Both the position numbers and the translations under genes were made by a program. The notes beneath the pieces are model-generated. The model was not told the origin of the DNA. It did no database searches and worked only from the letters and a program-made list of their open reading frames with translations. From positions 149,792,001 to 149,856,000 of the forward strand of contig OX597817.1 in assembly GCA_951406725.2 (NCBI GenBank): DNA of 64,000 nucleotides, read 5' to 3'. How positions within the stretch are numbered: position 1 is the first letter of the stretch; every line of letters begins with the position of its first letter. Origin of the DNA: Octopus vulgaris (lineage: Eukaryota). This document shows positions 12,314 through 26,830 of this stretch, in pieces.

Positions 12314-14451
12314 TGTTTGACAACCATATTGAAGAGTAGAAAGCACGTTGGTGTTTCAGAAGCGCGCGTTGGTTTTTTAGAGATTCTTTGAGAGAAACAA
12401 ACAATACTTGAATGGTTCTTTATTTAAGAAATCTGAAGTGATAACCGACAAAATCAGATTTGATCTCTGAATTAAAGAGAACTAAATAAATACTGTTAGA
12501 GTTTGCTACTTGAACGCCTTTTCCTTGATGAAATAATCATACGAACTTTTCATAGTTAATGTTATTAGTTATCATTAAACTTGAAACTTCTGGAACTCAA
12601 TATTTGCTCGGTAGTTGAGAAGTTTGTAATGGCCGATTTATGGCTAACTTATATTTAACTCAATTCACTTTGCTTTTCTTTTACGCAGATACAACCGATG
12701 TTTCTTGAATATTGCAGCTAGAACCATGAAAGTAGAATATGTAAAAGTTAAAGTCTAAAATTAAAGTCTCTTCAGCTATAAATATTACCAAAATCATCTT
12801 CATATAAACACTTTGAACGTAGGATTGGTTAGTGAAATATGAAATCAAACAAGGAGCTCTCTAGATTACAAATAAACTTCTAGTAAGACGAGTTTGAAGG
12901 TAGTGAACCGGCGGAATCGTTAGCAAAGCGGACAATACTCTTTGCGGCATTTCATTTGGCATTTTAAATTCTGAATTCAACTCCTGTTGATGTCGACTTT
13001 ACCTTTTATAAAGCAACAGTCAAGTACTGGGGTAGATGTAATTGATTTTTTCCTTTCCCTTAAAAATTGACCTCTGCAACGAATCAGCATCTCATTACGG
13101 GGTAGAGAAAGGTTTGATCTCGCTTACTTATACGCCATAGAAACCAAGTAAACGTATGAGTCCTGAGCTCGAGAAAAGAAGTGATCTGCAGATGAGATGA
13201 GTTTTGCTTCGCGTTGTAACTATTTTCCCCACCCAGACCCACATTTACCTCACAATCGCTCATAGGAGAGTTTTGAATTCCATGAAATTATGTTTTCTCA
13301 TTACAAAGTAGACGTATTCTGCCGATGTAAACAGTGAGACATTATCAAAAAACTTATTCAAAACGTAACTTGGAATATCAGATAAGCGGCTAACTAATAA
13401 AACCGATAGTCAGGAATTCTTTACAGAGTGTTATTATTTAAATAGTGTTGTTATTTTAATGTATTAGAAGACTACGGTCAGCTCAGGGTGCTTCTAAATG
13501 CATTTGCCCACAGAGGGCGCTTTGATGTTCTAGCACCATTTTGTCTAAAACGAGACTTTTTCTCCATTGCTAACTTGCAGTGAAAAGCATTTATATGTTC
13601 AAATATGTGCCAACGTATTTGAACTTATCTAAAGTTTCTTTATCAACAATATATTTAAAAAAGAACGCAAAAATAAAGAAATTTCTTTACACAAAACAAC
13701 AAAAATGTGAGAACGAGTTACTAATCCCCTATGTAATTCATAAATTCGAATACAAACGTGAAATCTGTAGACACCATGTCTTCAAATGTTGTATTGGCCA
13801 TATAAAGAACACTGTCTTGCCAGTTCTCCATACGCCTACAACAAGGAGCCATCGTAGTAAACTACATGACACAATAGAAAACAAAGGTTAGTGAGAAAAC
13901 TTAGTTGACAAGATATTTATAGCCTAGAGACTTCAATGCAGATATGAATTATTAACGATGCTAGCCATACTCGTAGCACAGTATAATACTAAAATATACA
14001 CAAAAACAATATGCAATGGTTACAAACAAAGACAAACATTTACTACTGACGTATGTATCTAAAGGTCAAAATTCAAATTCTGGTGGTAATGTCTACACCA
14101 ATCTCATTGATATTGCCTACTATAAAGAGAGAGCAACACACTCCAACATCACTTCATCCTGAAGATGGGATTGTGAAAGTTTAGAAACTTTGATGATAGA
14201 TTTAAGAAAACTACTGCTCAGAACAAATTTCGAGGAACTTGTATGCAATTATAAAATATTTTTTTTTAAATGATCAAAAAAGGAAACTAGAGCACAATCG
14301 TGTATTTAATACAACGTATATTCACACAGACGCACTCACTCACACTTCATGTACATATACTATACATATACATGCATCTATACAAATATACAAACACACA
14401 CAAACACACACATTCACATACACACACACATATACGCACACATATTCATAT

Positions 14452-14507
<56 letters not shown>

Positions 14508-16754
14508 CAAATATATATATTTATATATGTGTATGTATGCACGTATGTATGTATGCTTGCATGAATATATGTATGTATAACAAAAGAATAGAAGGAACAA
14601 ATAAGCACAAAGAACACGAGTTTTCAGAACTAAAAGAAGAACTTTAGAAGACTTAACTGGAATATTCGACACAAGAATGATATACAGCTCGAAAATGTAG
14701 AAGCCTGTGTTTAAATATTCTTTGATTATGTTACATCAAAGTCAGCAATTTTCATTGACAAGTGTCATTACTTGTATAAAAATATAATAAAAAAAAGAAA
14801 AGAGAATAAAATACAAAGAACTGTATCAGAAACGTTTCTCATTAGGCCGGTTGTCTTATCTGTGATATCACTTTTATTACTATATTCACTAATAGCGCAG
14901 TAGATGTTACTGAAGTCAACGTAGCGGTTCAGATTCTAACTGCCGACATGATCGTATTTTTGTCTCAGATCTTCCCATCATGCACTTCTTCCTCACTAAC
15001 GATTAGTTTTGTTTTTTTTTCTTTCCTTTTTTTTTTTAAAGTCGGAATGAATTCTCAATATGAAGAGGTTTTGCATCGTAATTTCTTTTCTTTTTTAGCT
15101 TTTGTTTTGTTTTTTTTCTTTTTGTTTTGTTTTTTTCTTCTGTATTAATGTTTCTACCTGTTATTTCCTGGCTCTTTGATTTTTCTTTCATTAGCTTTAT
15201 ATAAAGCAACGAAACATCCAGAACGTTTAGTGTGTATTTAATAGCATCAACCTTGTTAACCAAGAAGTATGTACGACGAAGAAGAATCATATGAAGCGAG
15301 GAAAAAGATTTCCACGCAAACTAACAGACAGATAAACTGTTGTTGTTGCTGTGGTGGTGGTGATAGTGATGGTGGTGGTGGTGGTGGTGGTGGTGGTGGT
15401 CATCGTCGTCGTCGTCATCGTAGTTTCTATTGCTGCTGCTGCTGCTGCGGTTGTTGTTGTTGTTGTTGTTGTTATAAACCGATTGATTGATTCCTAGGTC
15501 ACCCGACGTGATGAACGTGAAGTCAGATGGCGATGTAGGTGGATGAATGCAGAGGAAGATATTAGGTTGTTGTTGTTGTTGTTGTCGTTTAGTTCCAGAT
15601 CAGCAATTACCAAGCAGACTTATGATAAAAAGAACACTCTTCAGCCATAACTGTCCCATCTTTTATTCAAACAGTATATCTAAAACTACTTTCTCCAATA
15701 TGACCCACATTTAAAAAATAAACAACAGAATATGATCTGAGATAGATTTGACTACTATGTCTAGTAAATCAATCGACCACATAGAGGCTCCCACTTTGGC
15801 TGAATAAATAGGTAAGATAGTAGAGGGAGAGTTGGTTATGCCTTTGACTGTGCTAGGTTTTCGTAAATCCATATCCTGTTGCATGCAGTCTGCTTTGCCC
15901 GCAAGCAACATTGCTAACTCTATTTGCCTCAATTTTTCTAATTGTAAATTAGATGCTATGGACAGATGACTTGGTGATAGGGCATCCAGCTGACTGGATA
16001 ATTAAATGAACGGTTCGATAGATAAGAATTCCTATCTGAAATTACGGTGGTTTAAAAAAAACGACCTGCGGCGAGATTGGCTTCATTAGGTTGTAAAACG
16101 CTCGGTTTAGTAACCAAAACGTGTTGGAGAAAATAGCATACACAATAATAAAAATTATTAGGATTATTTGCAGTCGCTTATTAGGCACGTAAAATTTGGG
16201 AGCCACATAGTCGCAACGATTATGTGAGCCACCATCTAGAATCTGTAGAGATATTGTTTTGTTTGTTGCTGTTGTTCTTGATTTTCATACAATGGCCTAA
16301 AGGATTGTGACTATAGAGACAAAAAAACATTACATTTTAAGATTTATAAACAAAACTCCGTTAATTGTAATAATGGCATGCAACATTTTTTTTTCTTTTT
16401 CGTTCGCCACTTCTTTTTTTTTTCCCTTAAAATTCATGTCTACACCAAATCTTTCTTCTTTTTCACACAATTTTCATGTATTCTTCGTGGTATTTCTTAA
16501 ATCATCCAAACAGCAAGGAGAATCCAATAATGGGTAAACCGACAGGTAACTCATGATTTGGATTGTTCCACTGTCACAGAAAGGGGTGTTCCACATCATG
16601 TCCCCATTTTACTTTTGGTGTCGTATTAGGCCAAATCCAACGCGGTCTCGATTATGCTATTTCAGTTTGTTCCATGTAGACTTCAAACACTTCCACAAAT
16701 TTGTCCAGATGAACTATCCAGAGAACTTGTATGCGATGATGTAGCCCGAAATGG

Positions 16755-16814
<60 letters not shown>

Positions 16815-16924
16815 TTCTTTATTGGCCACGCAGGGCTAAACACAGAAGGGACAAAATACAAAGTAGAGATTGGGGGGGAAGAAGGTTAAAAGGGGGGGGG
16901 GCGAATTCCGATTAAAAGGGATCG

Positions 16925-16977
<53 letters not shown>

Positions 16978-17737
16978 GATGGATGGACGTACGGACGGAC
17001 AGACAGACAGATACATACATGCATACATACATACATGGATGGATGGATGGACAGACAGACGGACAGACAGACACACACACACACACACATACACACATAC
17101 ATACATACATACATGCATACATACATACATACATACATGCATACATACATACATACATGCATACATACATACATACATACATACATACATACATACATAC
17201 ATACATACATACATACATAGATTCTCTCTATTCTTCTTAGGATAAACATATCTGTAATATACTAAATCGTCTACAAACTGACAGATATTGAATCGATTCT
17301 TCAGTATTTTATGGAAAGCAATTTTACTTAATTTAATGTCATCCAACCAACAGACAAAAGAATATTTTCCTTAATGGATTCCATCTTAACAGATAATAAT
17401 TTTCCTTTATATTTCTAATTAATTCAGTCTGTCTTCCTCTATTTATTGGATTATTCTTAACATCGCGGATTAAATTACAATTCTATCTTGACATGAAACA
17501 TGCAAATGCTAAATACCATTATATAAGATCTGATAAGTATATCTCCCCTCCTCTTTCTCATGGACACTGGTCAATAAAGTAGTAAGCCGGTCAACTTCAG
17601 TTTACGACTATGGACCATCCCGCTTTTGTTCGATATATGTACAATTTTTTTCAGAAGATTAGAATGGCACTTAATTCCCTTCTTTCTGTAGCATTTTAGT
17701 CAATCAAACGAAGGATCGATTAAGCATGCACATTGCA

Positions 17738-19488
17738 TTTGGGTTATGCCGCACTATTCGAAACAAGTATCAATTGGGTTGTGCCGCACTATTTGAAACA
17801 CCATCAACTGGGTTATGCCGCACTATTTGAAACACTATCAACTGGGTTATGCCGCACTATTTTAAAAACACTATCAATTGGGTTATGCCGCACTATTTGA
17901 AACACTATCAACTGGGTTAAGCAGCACTATTTGAACCACTATCAATTGGGTTTGCTGCACTATTTGAAACGGTATCAATTGGGTTGTACCGCACTATTTG
18001 AAACACTATCAATTTGGGTTTGTCGCACTATTTGAAACACGTATCGATTGGGTTATGCTGCACTATTTGAAACACGCATCAATTGTGTTATCCCGCACTA
18101 TTTGAACCACTATCAATTGGATTATGCCGCACTATTTGAAACACGTATCAATTGGGTTATGCCGCACTATTTGAAATACTATCAATTGGGTTATTCCACA
18201 CTATTTGAAACACTATCAATTGGGTTTGCCGCACTATTTGAAACACGTATCAGTTGGGTTGTGCCGCACCATTTGAAACACGTATCAATTGGGTTATGCC
18301 GCACTATTTGAAACACTGTCAATTGGGTTTGCCGCACTATTTGAAACGCGTATCAATTGGGTTGTGTCGCACTATTTGAAACACGCATCAATTGGGTTTG
18401 CTGCACTATTTGAAACGGTATCAATTGGGTTGTACCGCACTATTTGAAACACTATCAATTTGGGTTTGTCGCACTATTTGAAACACGTATCGATTGGGTT
18501 ATGCTGCACTATTTGAAACACGCATCAATTGTATTATCCCGCACTATTTGAACCACTATCAATTGGATTATGCCGCACTATTTGAAACACGTATCAATTG
18601 GGTTATGCCGCACTATTTGAAACACTATCAATTGGGTTATGCCACACTATTTGAAACACGTATCAATTGGGTTATGCCGCACTATTTGAAACACTGTCAA
18701 TTGGCTTATGCCACACTATTTGAAACACTATCAATTGGGTTTGCCACACTATTTGAAACACGTGTCAATTGGGTTATGTCACACTATTTGAAACACTATC
18801 AATTGGGTTTGCCGCACTATTTGAAACACGTATCAGTTGGGTTGTGCCGCACCATTTGAAACACGTATCAATTGTTATGCCGCACTATTTGAAACACTGT
18901 CAATTGGGTTTGCCGCACTATTTGAAACGCGTATCAATTGGGTTGTGTCGCACTATTTGAAACACGCATCAATTGGGTTTGCTGCACTATTTGAAACGGT
19001 ATCAATTGGGTTGTACTGCACTATTTGAAACACTATCAATTTGGGTTTGTCGCACTATTTGAAACACGTATCGATTGGGTTATGCTGCACTATTTGAAAC
19101 ACGCATCAATTGTATTATCCCGCACTATTTGAACCACTATCAATTGGATTATGCCGCACTATTTGAAACACGTATCAATTGGGTTATGCCGCACTATTTG
19201 AAACACTATCAATTGGGTTATGCCACACTATTTGAAACACGTATCAATTGGGTTATGCCGCACTATTTGAAACACTGTCAATTGGCTTATGCCACACTAT
19301 TTGAAACACTATCAATTGGGTTTGCCACACTATTTGAAACACGTGTCAATTGGGTTATGTCACACTATTTGAAACACTATCAATTGGGTTTGCCGCACTA
19401 TTTGAAACGCGTATCAATTGGGTTGTGTCGCACTATTTGAAACATGCATCAATTGGGCTGTGCCGCACTATTTGAAGCATGTATCAGT
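17738..19488. repeat. ~34-bp minisatellite (GGGTTATGCCGCACTATTTGAAACAC[G]TATCAATT), ~50 units, with higher-order structure
   Basis: Contiguous units without spacers; the variant GAAACGGTATC recurs at ~17971, 18417 and 18998. Confidence 0.95.
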
Positions 19489-19717
19489 TAACCAAATCGT
19501 TGGTAATGCATCTTCATTCTGTGTTCTTTCTTATATACTCTCTGATTCATTTGTTTTCGTCATCGGATTTACAAATTGGACATGTCATAGGATATGAATA
19601 ATAAACCATATGGATTGCTGTGATCTTAACTGGACAATTTAGTTAGCCAGGTTCGATTTCTATAGAGTGCTCAAAGAGGCATTTGCCTAGATTTATATAA
19701 TTCCGGTTTTCTTTCGT

Positions 19718-20077
<360 letters not shown>

Positions 20078-20149
20078 GTGTGTGAGTCTATGTGTGGGTG
20101 AAATTCGTTTTAAAATCATTCGTCTAGTCGAAATACTTTATAATTTCTC

Positions 20150-20750
20150 AGTGTAATGCAAGCGTGGCTGTGATGGCGCAACATAGTTGTGAGGGCGCAG
20201 GCATGGCTGTAATAGCGCGGGCGGGATTGTGATGATGCAAGCATAGCTGTGATGGCGCAGGCATAGCTGTGATGGCGCAGGCAAGGCTGTGATGGTGCAG
20301 GCATGGCTGTGCTTGCGCTAGCGTTGCTGTGATGGTACCAGCTTGGCTGTGAGGTCGCAGGTATGACTGTGATGGCGCAGGCATGGCTGTGATAGTACAA
20401 GCATAGTTGTGATGGCGCAAGCATGGCTGTGATGGCGCAGGTATGACTGTGATGGCGCAGGCATGGCTGTGATAGTACAAGCATAGTTGTGATGGCGCAA
20501 GCATGGCTGTGATGGCGCAGACATGGCTGTGATGGCGCAGGCATGGCTGTGGTTGCGCAAGCATGGTTGTGATGACGCAGTCGTGGCTGTGATGGCGCAG
20601 GCATGGCTGTGATGGTGCAGGCATGGCTGTGATGGTGCAGAGATGGCTGTGATGGCGCAGGCATGGCTGTGGTGGCACAGGCGTGGCTGTGATGGTGCAA
20701 GCTTGGTTGTGATGTCGCAGGCTTGCCTATGATGACACAGATATGGCTGT
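20150..20750 (+). repeat. 20-bp tandem array (GGCGCAGGCATGGCTGTGAT), ~30 units, derived from a SINE family B head
   Basis: The unit matches the SINE B 5' end, and the array runs directly into a SINE B body at ~20741-21165. Confidence 0.85.
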
Positions 20751-20936
20751 GTAGTTAAGAATCTCGCTTTGCAGCTACGTGGTTTAGGGTTCAGTCCCAT
20801 TCCATGGAACCTTGAACAAATGTCCTGTACAATATCTTAGTGTCGACCAATGTCTTAAGGGTAAATTTGGTAGCTAGAAACTGTGTTGAAGTCATAATAT
20901 ATATGTGTGTGTGTGTGTGTGTGTCTGTGTGTCTGT

Positions 20937-20987
<51 letters not shown>

Positions 20988-22139
20988 TTGGTGTTTACCC
21001 TATTGCCGCTTGACAACCGGTATCGGCTTGTTTCCATAAAAGATCGACAGAATAAGTGTCATTACTAAAAATAGGTACTGGTATCGATTTGTTCGATTAT
21101 ACCTGTCAAGGAAATGCTCCAGCATGGCCGCAGTCCAATAGATGAAACAAGTAAAAGTTTAAAAGGATTGCTTTTACAACGCAATATCGGTAATGTTTTC
21201 CCAGAAAATGTTGCTTGTTTTTTTTTTACTTCCGTCCCTTCCGATCTTTAACGATGGCCAGAGACTTGGCTTTAGAGCTCATAAAACATCTAAAGACTAG
21301 AGTAAAGTCAGAGTAATCTTGGCCTTGCTTTTGATGTTTGTAGGTCTGTCTTATGCATATTTTGGATCCTTATACACTCGCTGTAACGATATTTGATACC
21401 ATTATATACATGGTCCACGGTTGTGTTACTTCACCGTATGACTTTTAACCAGGCTCTTTATAGTACAGGAAACCTATGAATTCCAATCAGAAACAAATAC
21501 TTCACTCTAGATACATTCACACGGAATATTTTATTGAATACAATTGTGTGTTTGGAAAGAGAATGTAACATTAAATAACAATAAAAAAGATGATGAGCAC
21601 GAAATAGTGTTTACTCAACATATAATCATATGTATGTCAATAGAAAATGTAATAAACGGTGAGTTTTTAATAAAACGCACTTTTGTTGCTTTAAAAACAT
21701 TTGAGAATATGTTCTAGATATTTCTGTAATGAAATATAATAGTTTCTTCATTAGTTGTTCAATAAACTTCATGTATCACCATAGCTGCAAACTCAAGTCC
21801 ACGTGTATCTTTGGTTACAAGAGCGTATGTGTCTGCGTGCATGTGTATATGCTTGTGCGCATCAGTGTGCATCGGTCAGTCTCCGTCGCATTCTTTCACT
21901 CCCGCTCTCTCTCTCGCCCTCTCTCTCAACTCTTTTTCCCTACCCCACCCACACTCACACTGAACACACACACACACACACATTATATGTATATATATAG
22001 ACAGATCGAAAGTGAAAATAAACAGAAAAAGTCAGTGGTATTAGGTTGACGGTCAGTTTAAGATGAAAAAAAGAGAAGTGTGTAACGTCTCAAGCATGGC
22101 CCTTCGTCAGAAAGAGGAAAGGTCCGGAGAATATTACCG

Positions 22140-22183
<44 letters not shown>

Positions 22184-22332
22184 TTATCCCTCTCTCTCAT
22201 CCTCTTTCCCTTCTATCTACTGCCCACACGTGACCCGTGACTAATTTTCTCATATCTCTGCCTTTTCGCCACTGGTGGCTTGGCTTGCCGGTCAACATTT
22301 TCTCCTCTCTTGCTATTTCTCTTTCTGTATAT

Positions 22333-22560
22333 TTCTTAACAACCCACAAGGGGCTAAAAACAGGGGGGACAAACAAGGACAGACAAACGGATTAAGTCGA
22401 TTACATCGACTCCAGTGCGTAACTGGTACTTAATTTATCGACCCCGATTGGATGAAAGGCAAAGTCGACCTCGGCGGAATTTGAACTCAGAACGTAACGG
22501 CAGACGAAATACGGCTACACATTTCGCCCGGCATGCTAACGATTCTGCCAGCTAGCCGCC
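22333..22560 (-). mobile_element. SINE family A with imperfect TSD ATTTCTCTTTCT
   Basis: Flanks at ~22315 and ~22564. Confidence 0.85.
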
Positions 22561-22878
22561 CTAATTTCTCTTTCTATATCCAGTAAGGATTTCTTCTAGG
22601 CGTTACCCATCATCCTCGTGTTTGGTCCAAAGGCTGTATTTAATATGTCTTCATCTATCGTTTCCAAATTACATTTGTTTACTTACGTACGTCCACTCTG
22701 TAATGTTTTGTTTGCTCGAAGCCCTAATTCTCCGCAAATTTTGCTGGTGCCGCCGATATACAAAGTATTATCGTTAAAGGCATGAAACAGAGAATTAGCA
22801 TTTTTGGTCGATAACTGATGAAGAATTAGGGTCCTTCTGTGTCTGTCCTACGTGTACGTTTTGTAGTATTTAATGCAT

Positions 22879-22971
<93 letters not shown>

Positions 22972-23010
22972 CGACAGGCAGGCAGGCAGGCAGGTAGGTA
23001 GGTAGGTAGG

Positions 23011-23164
<154 letters not shown>

Positions 23165-23420
23165 TCAAAGGGAAATGGAAATTAATTAAAATTTTCATTT
23201 CCAGTGGCCTAATGTGTAAAAGTTTAGTCCAAAGACTATGTATTAGTCATAAAATACAGTGTACATTTAAACACGAATAATCCACTCGTGGGATTCAACA
23301 CGCTAGAAAGAACAGCTAGGTTCTATAACCACAAAATTAGGGATAAAATTCGGCAGGAACGAAATGAAAAAATAAAAACATTTTACCATCTAGTTTCCTT
23401 ATATACATATATAAGATATA

Positions 23421-24177
23421 ATTATATCAATATAATTATAATAAGGGCACTAATGAGTAGCGCCTCATGCTAGGAATAGACGCCAAATGGCTCTAAGAAC
23501 TACATTATCTACCCCTTAGCACGCGCTGAAAGCGAGGAAATGAACAAAAAATGGGTTTAACTATAGATAAGTCTACTGTAAGCGGTATAGTATAACACAT
23601 CTTTATATATAAAAGTGAAGTTGTGCGTCTGTCTCCTACGATTTAGATTCCTAACTACTCCCACATTTTGCGGTGCAGTTTAACCAAAACCGGGTATCTT
23701 ATAATCGTAATTCATATCGAGCCCTTCTGGGTATTAACGCGCGTCTACGATGAGACTACGATTTTAGAAAAAATTTACCATCATTTTTTTCCATTTTAAT
23801 GCATTTTTTCGATATTATATAAGGGAAGTAACTCTCTAAAATGTCTACGATGAGTCAACGATTTTTTTAAAAATTTACCATCATTTTTTTCCATTTTTAA
23901 TGCATTTTTTGCTATTTTTTGGCTATAACTCTCTAAAAATGCTTATATAGTTATTTCCCTTACAAACCCGAGCAACGCCGGGCGATACTGCTAGTTGTAC
24001 ATAATTATAAACATTTATACATACCCACACGAATAACACGAATGCACAAGCATATATACTAATGTCCACATTATGTACAAGCTAAATTTAATTCATTCAC
24101 CTCAACCACTTGCGTACACGACCAAAAATAGTACCTGAGGGAATATAGTGCCCTTATTATAATCATATTGATATAAT
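23421..24177. mobile_element. MITE-like element with ~32-bp terminal inverted repeats, interrupted by a Helitron
   Basis: ATTATATCAATATAATTATAATAAGGGCACTA (23421-23452) versus the reverse complement of 24146-24177 (one mismatch). Confidence 0.7.
23600..23994 (+). mobile_element. Non-autonomous Helitron
   Basis: A|TC start, subterminal GC hairpin CCCGAGCAACGCCGGG, CTAG|T end; internal ~90-bp duplication. Confidence 0.88.
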
Positions 24178-24259
24178 TCATATTTGTATTAATTGTTACT
24201 CATACGGTTTTATTGTATGCTGGCTACTTGATAAAATCTTATAAAGATTTTATCCTTGA

Positions 24260-24554
24260 GTAGCAGTATCGCCCGGCGTTGCTCGGGTTTGTAAGGGAAA
24301 TAACTATATAAGCATTTTTAGAGAGTTACTTCCCTTATATAATAGCAAAAAATGCTTTAAAAATGGAAAAAATTGTGGTAATTTTTTTTTAATCGTAGAC
24401 TCATCGTAGACGCGCGCTAATACCCAGAAGGGCTCGATATGAATCACGAATATAAGATACCCGCTTTTGGTTACGCTGCACCGCAAAATGTGGGAGTAGT
24501 TGGGAATCTAAATCGTAGGAGACAGACACTCAACTTCACTTTTATAGATAAAGA
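24260..24554 (-). mobile_element. Second copy of the same Helitron family, inverted
   Basis: Reverse complement of 23600-23994 without the internal duplication; ends CTAC instead of CTAG. Confidence 0.85.
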
Positions 24555-24589
24555 TTATATATAAATATAAATTACTCCGATCAATATAT

Positions 24590-24921
24590 TTACTCAGGTA
24601 CTATTTCTGGTCGTATACGCACGTGGTTGAGGTGAATGAATTAGATTTAGCTTATATAGTAATGTGGGCATTTGTATATTCGCTTGTGGACACTCTTTAC
24701 TCTTTCTCTTTTACTCTTTTACTTGTTTCAGTCATTTGACTGCGGCCATGCTGGAGCACCGCCTTTAGTCGAGCAATTCGACCCCGGGACTTATTCTTTG
24801 TAAGCCCAGTACTTATTCTATCGGTCTCTTTTGCCGAACCGCTAAGTGATGGGGACGTAAGCACACCAGCATCGGTTGTCAAGCAATGCTAGGGGGACAA
24901 ACACAGACACACAAACCCCCC

Positions 24922-24953
<32 letters not shown>

Positions 24954-25500
24954 CATATATACGACAGGCTTCTTTCAGTTTCCGTCTACCAAATCCACTC
25001 ACAAGGCATTGGTCGGCCCAGGGCTATAGTAGAAGACACTTGCCCAAGATGCCACGCAGTGGGACTGAACCCGGAACCATGTGGCTGGTTAGCAAGCTAC
25101 TTACCACACAGCCACTCCTCTGTTATTTGTATGGGTAATGTGTTATACTATACTAGGCGGCGAGCTGGTAGAAACGTTAGCACGCCGGGCGAAATTCGTA
25201 GCCGTATTTCGTCTGTCGTTGCGTTCCGAGTTCAAATTCCGCCGAGGTCGACTTTGCCTTTCATCCTTTCGGGGTCGATAAATTAAGTACCAGTTACGCA
25301 CTGGGGTCGATGTAATCGACTTAACCCCTTTGTCTGTCCCCTCTGTGTTTAGCCCCCTGTGGGTAGTAAAGAAATATATACTATACTGCTGACAGTAAAG
25401 AGACTTACATCTCTAAACTAGAAATCTATCTATAGTTAAACCCTTTTTTTTTTTAAATCTCTTTTGTTTACTTCCTCGCTTTCAGCCCGTTCTAAAGGTC
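24590..25500 (-). mobile_element. Inverted, diverged second copy of the 23421-24177 element's interior, split by SINE B (24695-25120) and SINE A (25155-25375)
   Basis: 24590-24695 is the reverse complement of ~24040-24140; 25120-25154 and 25380-25498 match ~24020-24040 and ~23512-23600. Confidence 0.7.
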
Positions 25501-26064
25501 TGCTTGTAAGTGTATGTGTGTGTGTGTATGTTTGTGTGCAAGTGCATGTTTTATGTAGGCTTGTAAGTCCTCAGTCCGACATTTAAACTCCATCCAGTAC
25601 TAAAGCTCCAGTCTGAGAGTTCTGAAGTTGTGGGGAGCATGGAGTTACCTCTTAATTACCATTACTCCTAGTACCGTTCTAACTCGGAATAATACTACCT
25701 GATAGGGTCCGATATATGGGTTGAATAGATTTCCCAGAAGTAGAGGAGGTACCCGTTATTTTTGACAAAGGCGTAGGGAAGGCAGTTCTTCTAGGAGAAA
25801 AATATTCTGAAAACTTGGAGTCAAAGTAGTATCAGTCATTTCGTAATGCATGTCACTTGCTACGACGACCGAAAAGCCTTTGTTACTTAAATCCAGTGAT
25901 ATTGAGATGTCACACTTGGGACGGTTATCACTTGACAAGATGAAAGAATCATCGTGTATGTATGTATGTATGTATGTATGTATGTATGTATGTATGTATG
26001 TATGTATGTATGTATGTATGTATGTATGTATGCATGTATGTATGTATGTATGTATGTATGTATG

Positions 26065-26541
26065 TTTTTTTCTTCAGCTAGTGGGAGTGGCTTGCTTACG
26101 AACCACATGGTTCCGGGTTCAGTCCCACTGCGTGGCACCTTGGTCAAGTGTCTTTTACTATAGCCTACTACATGTATGTATGTATGTATGTATGTAAGTA
26201 TGTATGCATGTATGTGTGTGTACATATGTATGTATGCATACATGTATGTATGTATGTATGTATGTATGTATGTATGTATGTATGTATGTATGTATGTATG
26301 TATGTATGTATGTATGTATGTATGTATGTATGTATGTATGTATGTATGTATGTATGTATGTATGCATGTATGTTTGTATGTATGTTTTTTTCTTCAGCTA
26401 GTATGAGTGGCTTGCTTACGAACCACATGGTTCCGGGTTCAGTTCCACTGCGTGGCACCTTGGGCAAGTGTCTTCTACTATAGCCTCGGGCGGACCAAAG
26501 CCTTATGATTGGATTTGGTAGGCGGAAACTGAAATAAGCCC

Positions 26542-26616
<75 letters not shown>

Positions 26617-26830
26617 TGTGTGTCTGTGTTTGTCCCCCACCATCGCTTGACAACCGATGCTGATGTGCTTACGTCCCCGTAACTTATCGGTTCGGCAAAA
26701 GAGACCGATAGAATAAGTATTACGCTGCCAAAGAATAAGTCCTGGGGTTGATTTGCTCGACTAAAGGTGGTGCTCCAGCATGGCCACAGTCAAATGACTG
26801 AAACAAGTAAAAGAGTAAACAGCAAAAGAG
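26065..26830 (+). mobile_element. SINE family B with tandemly duplicated head, each copy preceded by (TATG)n
   Basis: TTTTTTCTTCAGCTAGT…ACTATAGCCT occurs at 26065-26166 and 26385-26486. Confidence 0.8.

Noticed and set aside
14155-14205. Hammerhead-like CTGAAGA…GAAAC
   Set aside because: Stem II cannot pair and there is no NUH triplet in register.
15711-15932. 73-aa ORF as a host exon
   Set aside because: No splice support or known motif.
16540-16750. Terminal coding exon on the minus strand (ATSSHTSSLDSSSGQICGSV*)
   Set aside because: No AG acceptor at the expected position (TTTCGG) and no recognisable homology.
18048-19440. Repetitive-protein ORFs (ALFETRINWVMPHYLKHYQL…)
   Set aside because: Unit length varies from 33 to 35 bp, so frames shift constantly; translation artefacts of the satellite.
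17738-19488. CRISPR array (34-bp repeats containing TTTGAAAC)
   Set aside because: Units are contiguous with no unique spacers, no cas genes are present, and the context is eukaryotic; it is a minisatellite.
20116-20800. Long His/Cys-rich ORFs on the minus strand
   Set aside because: All three frames are open because a 20-bp stop-poor unit is repeated; the unit derives from a SINE head.
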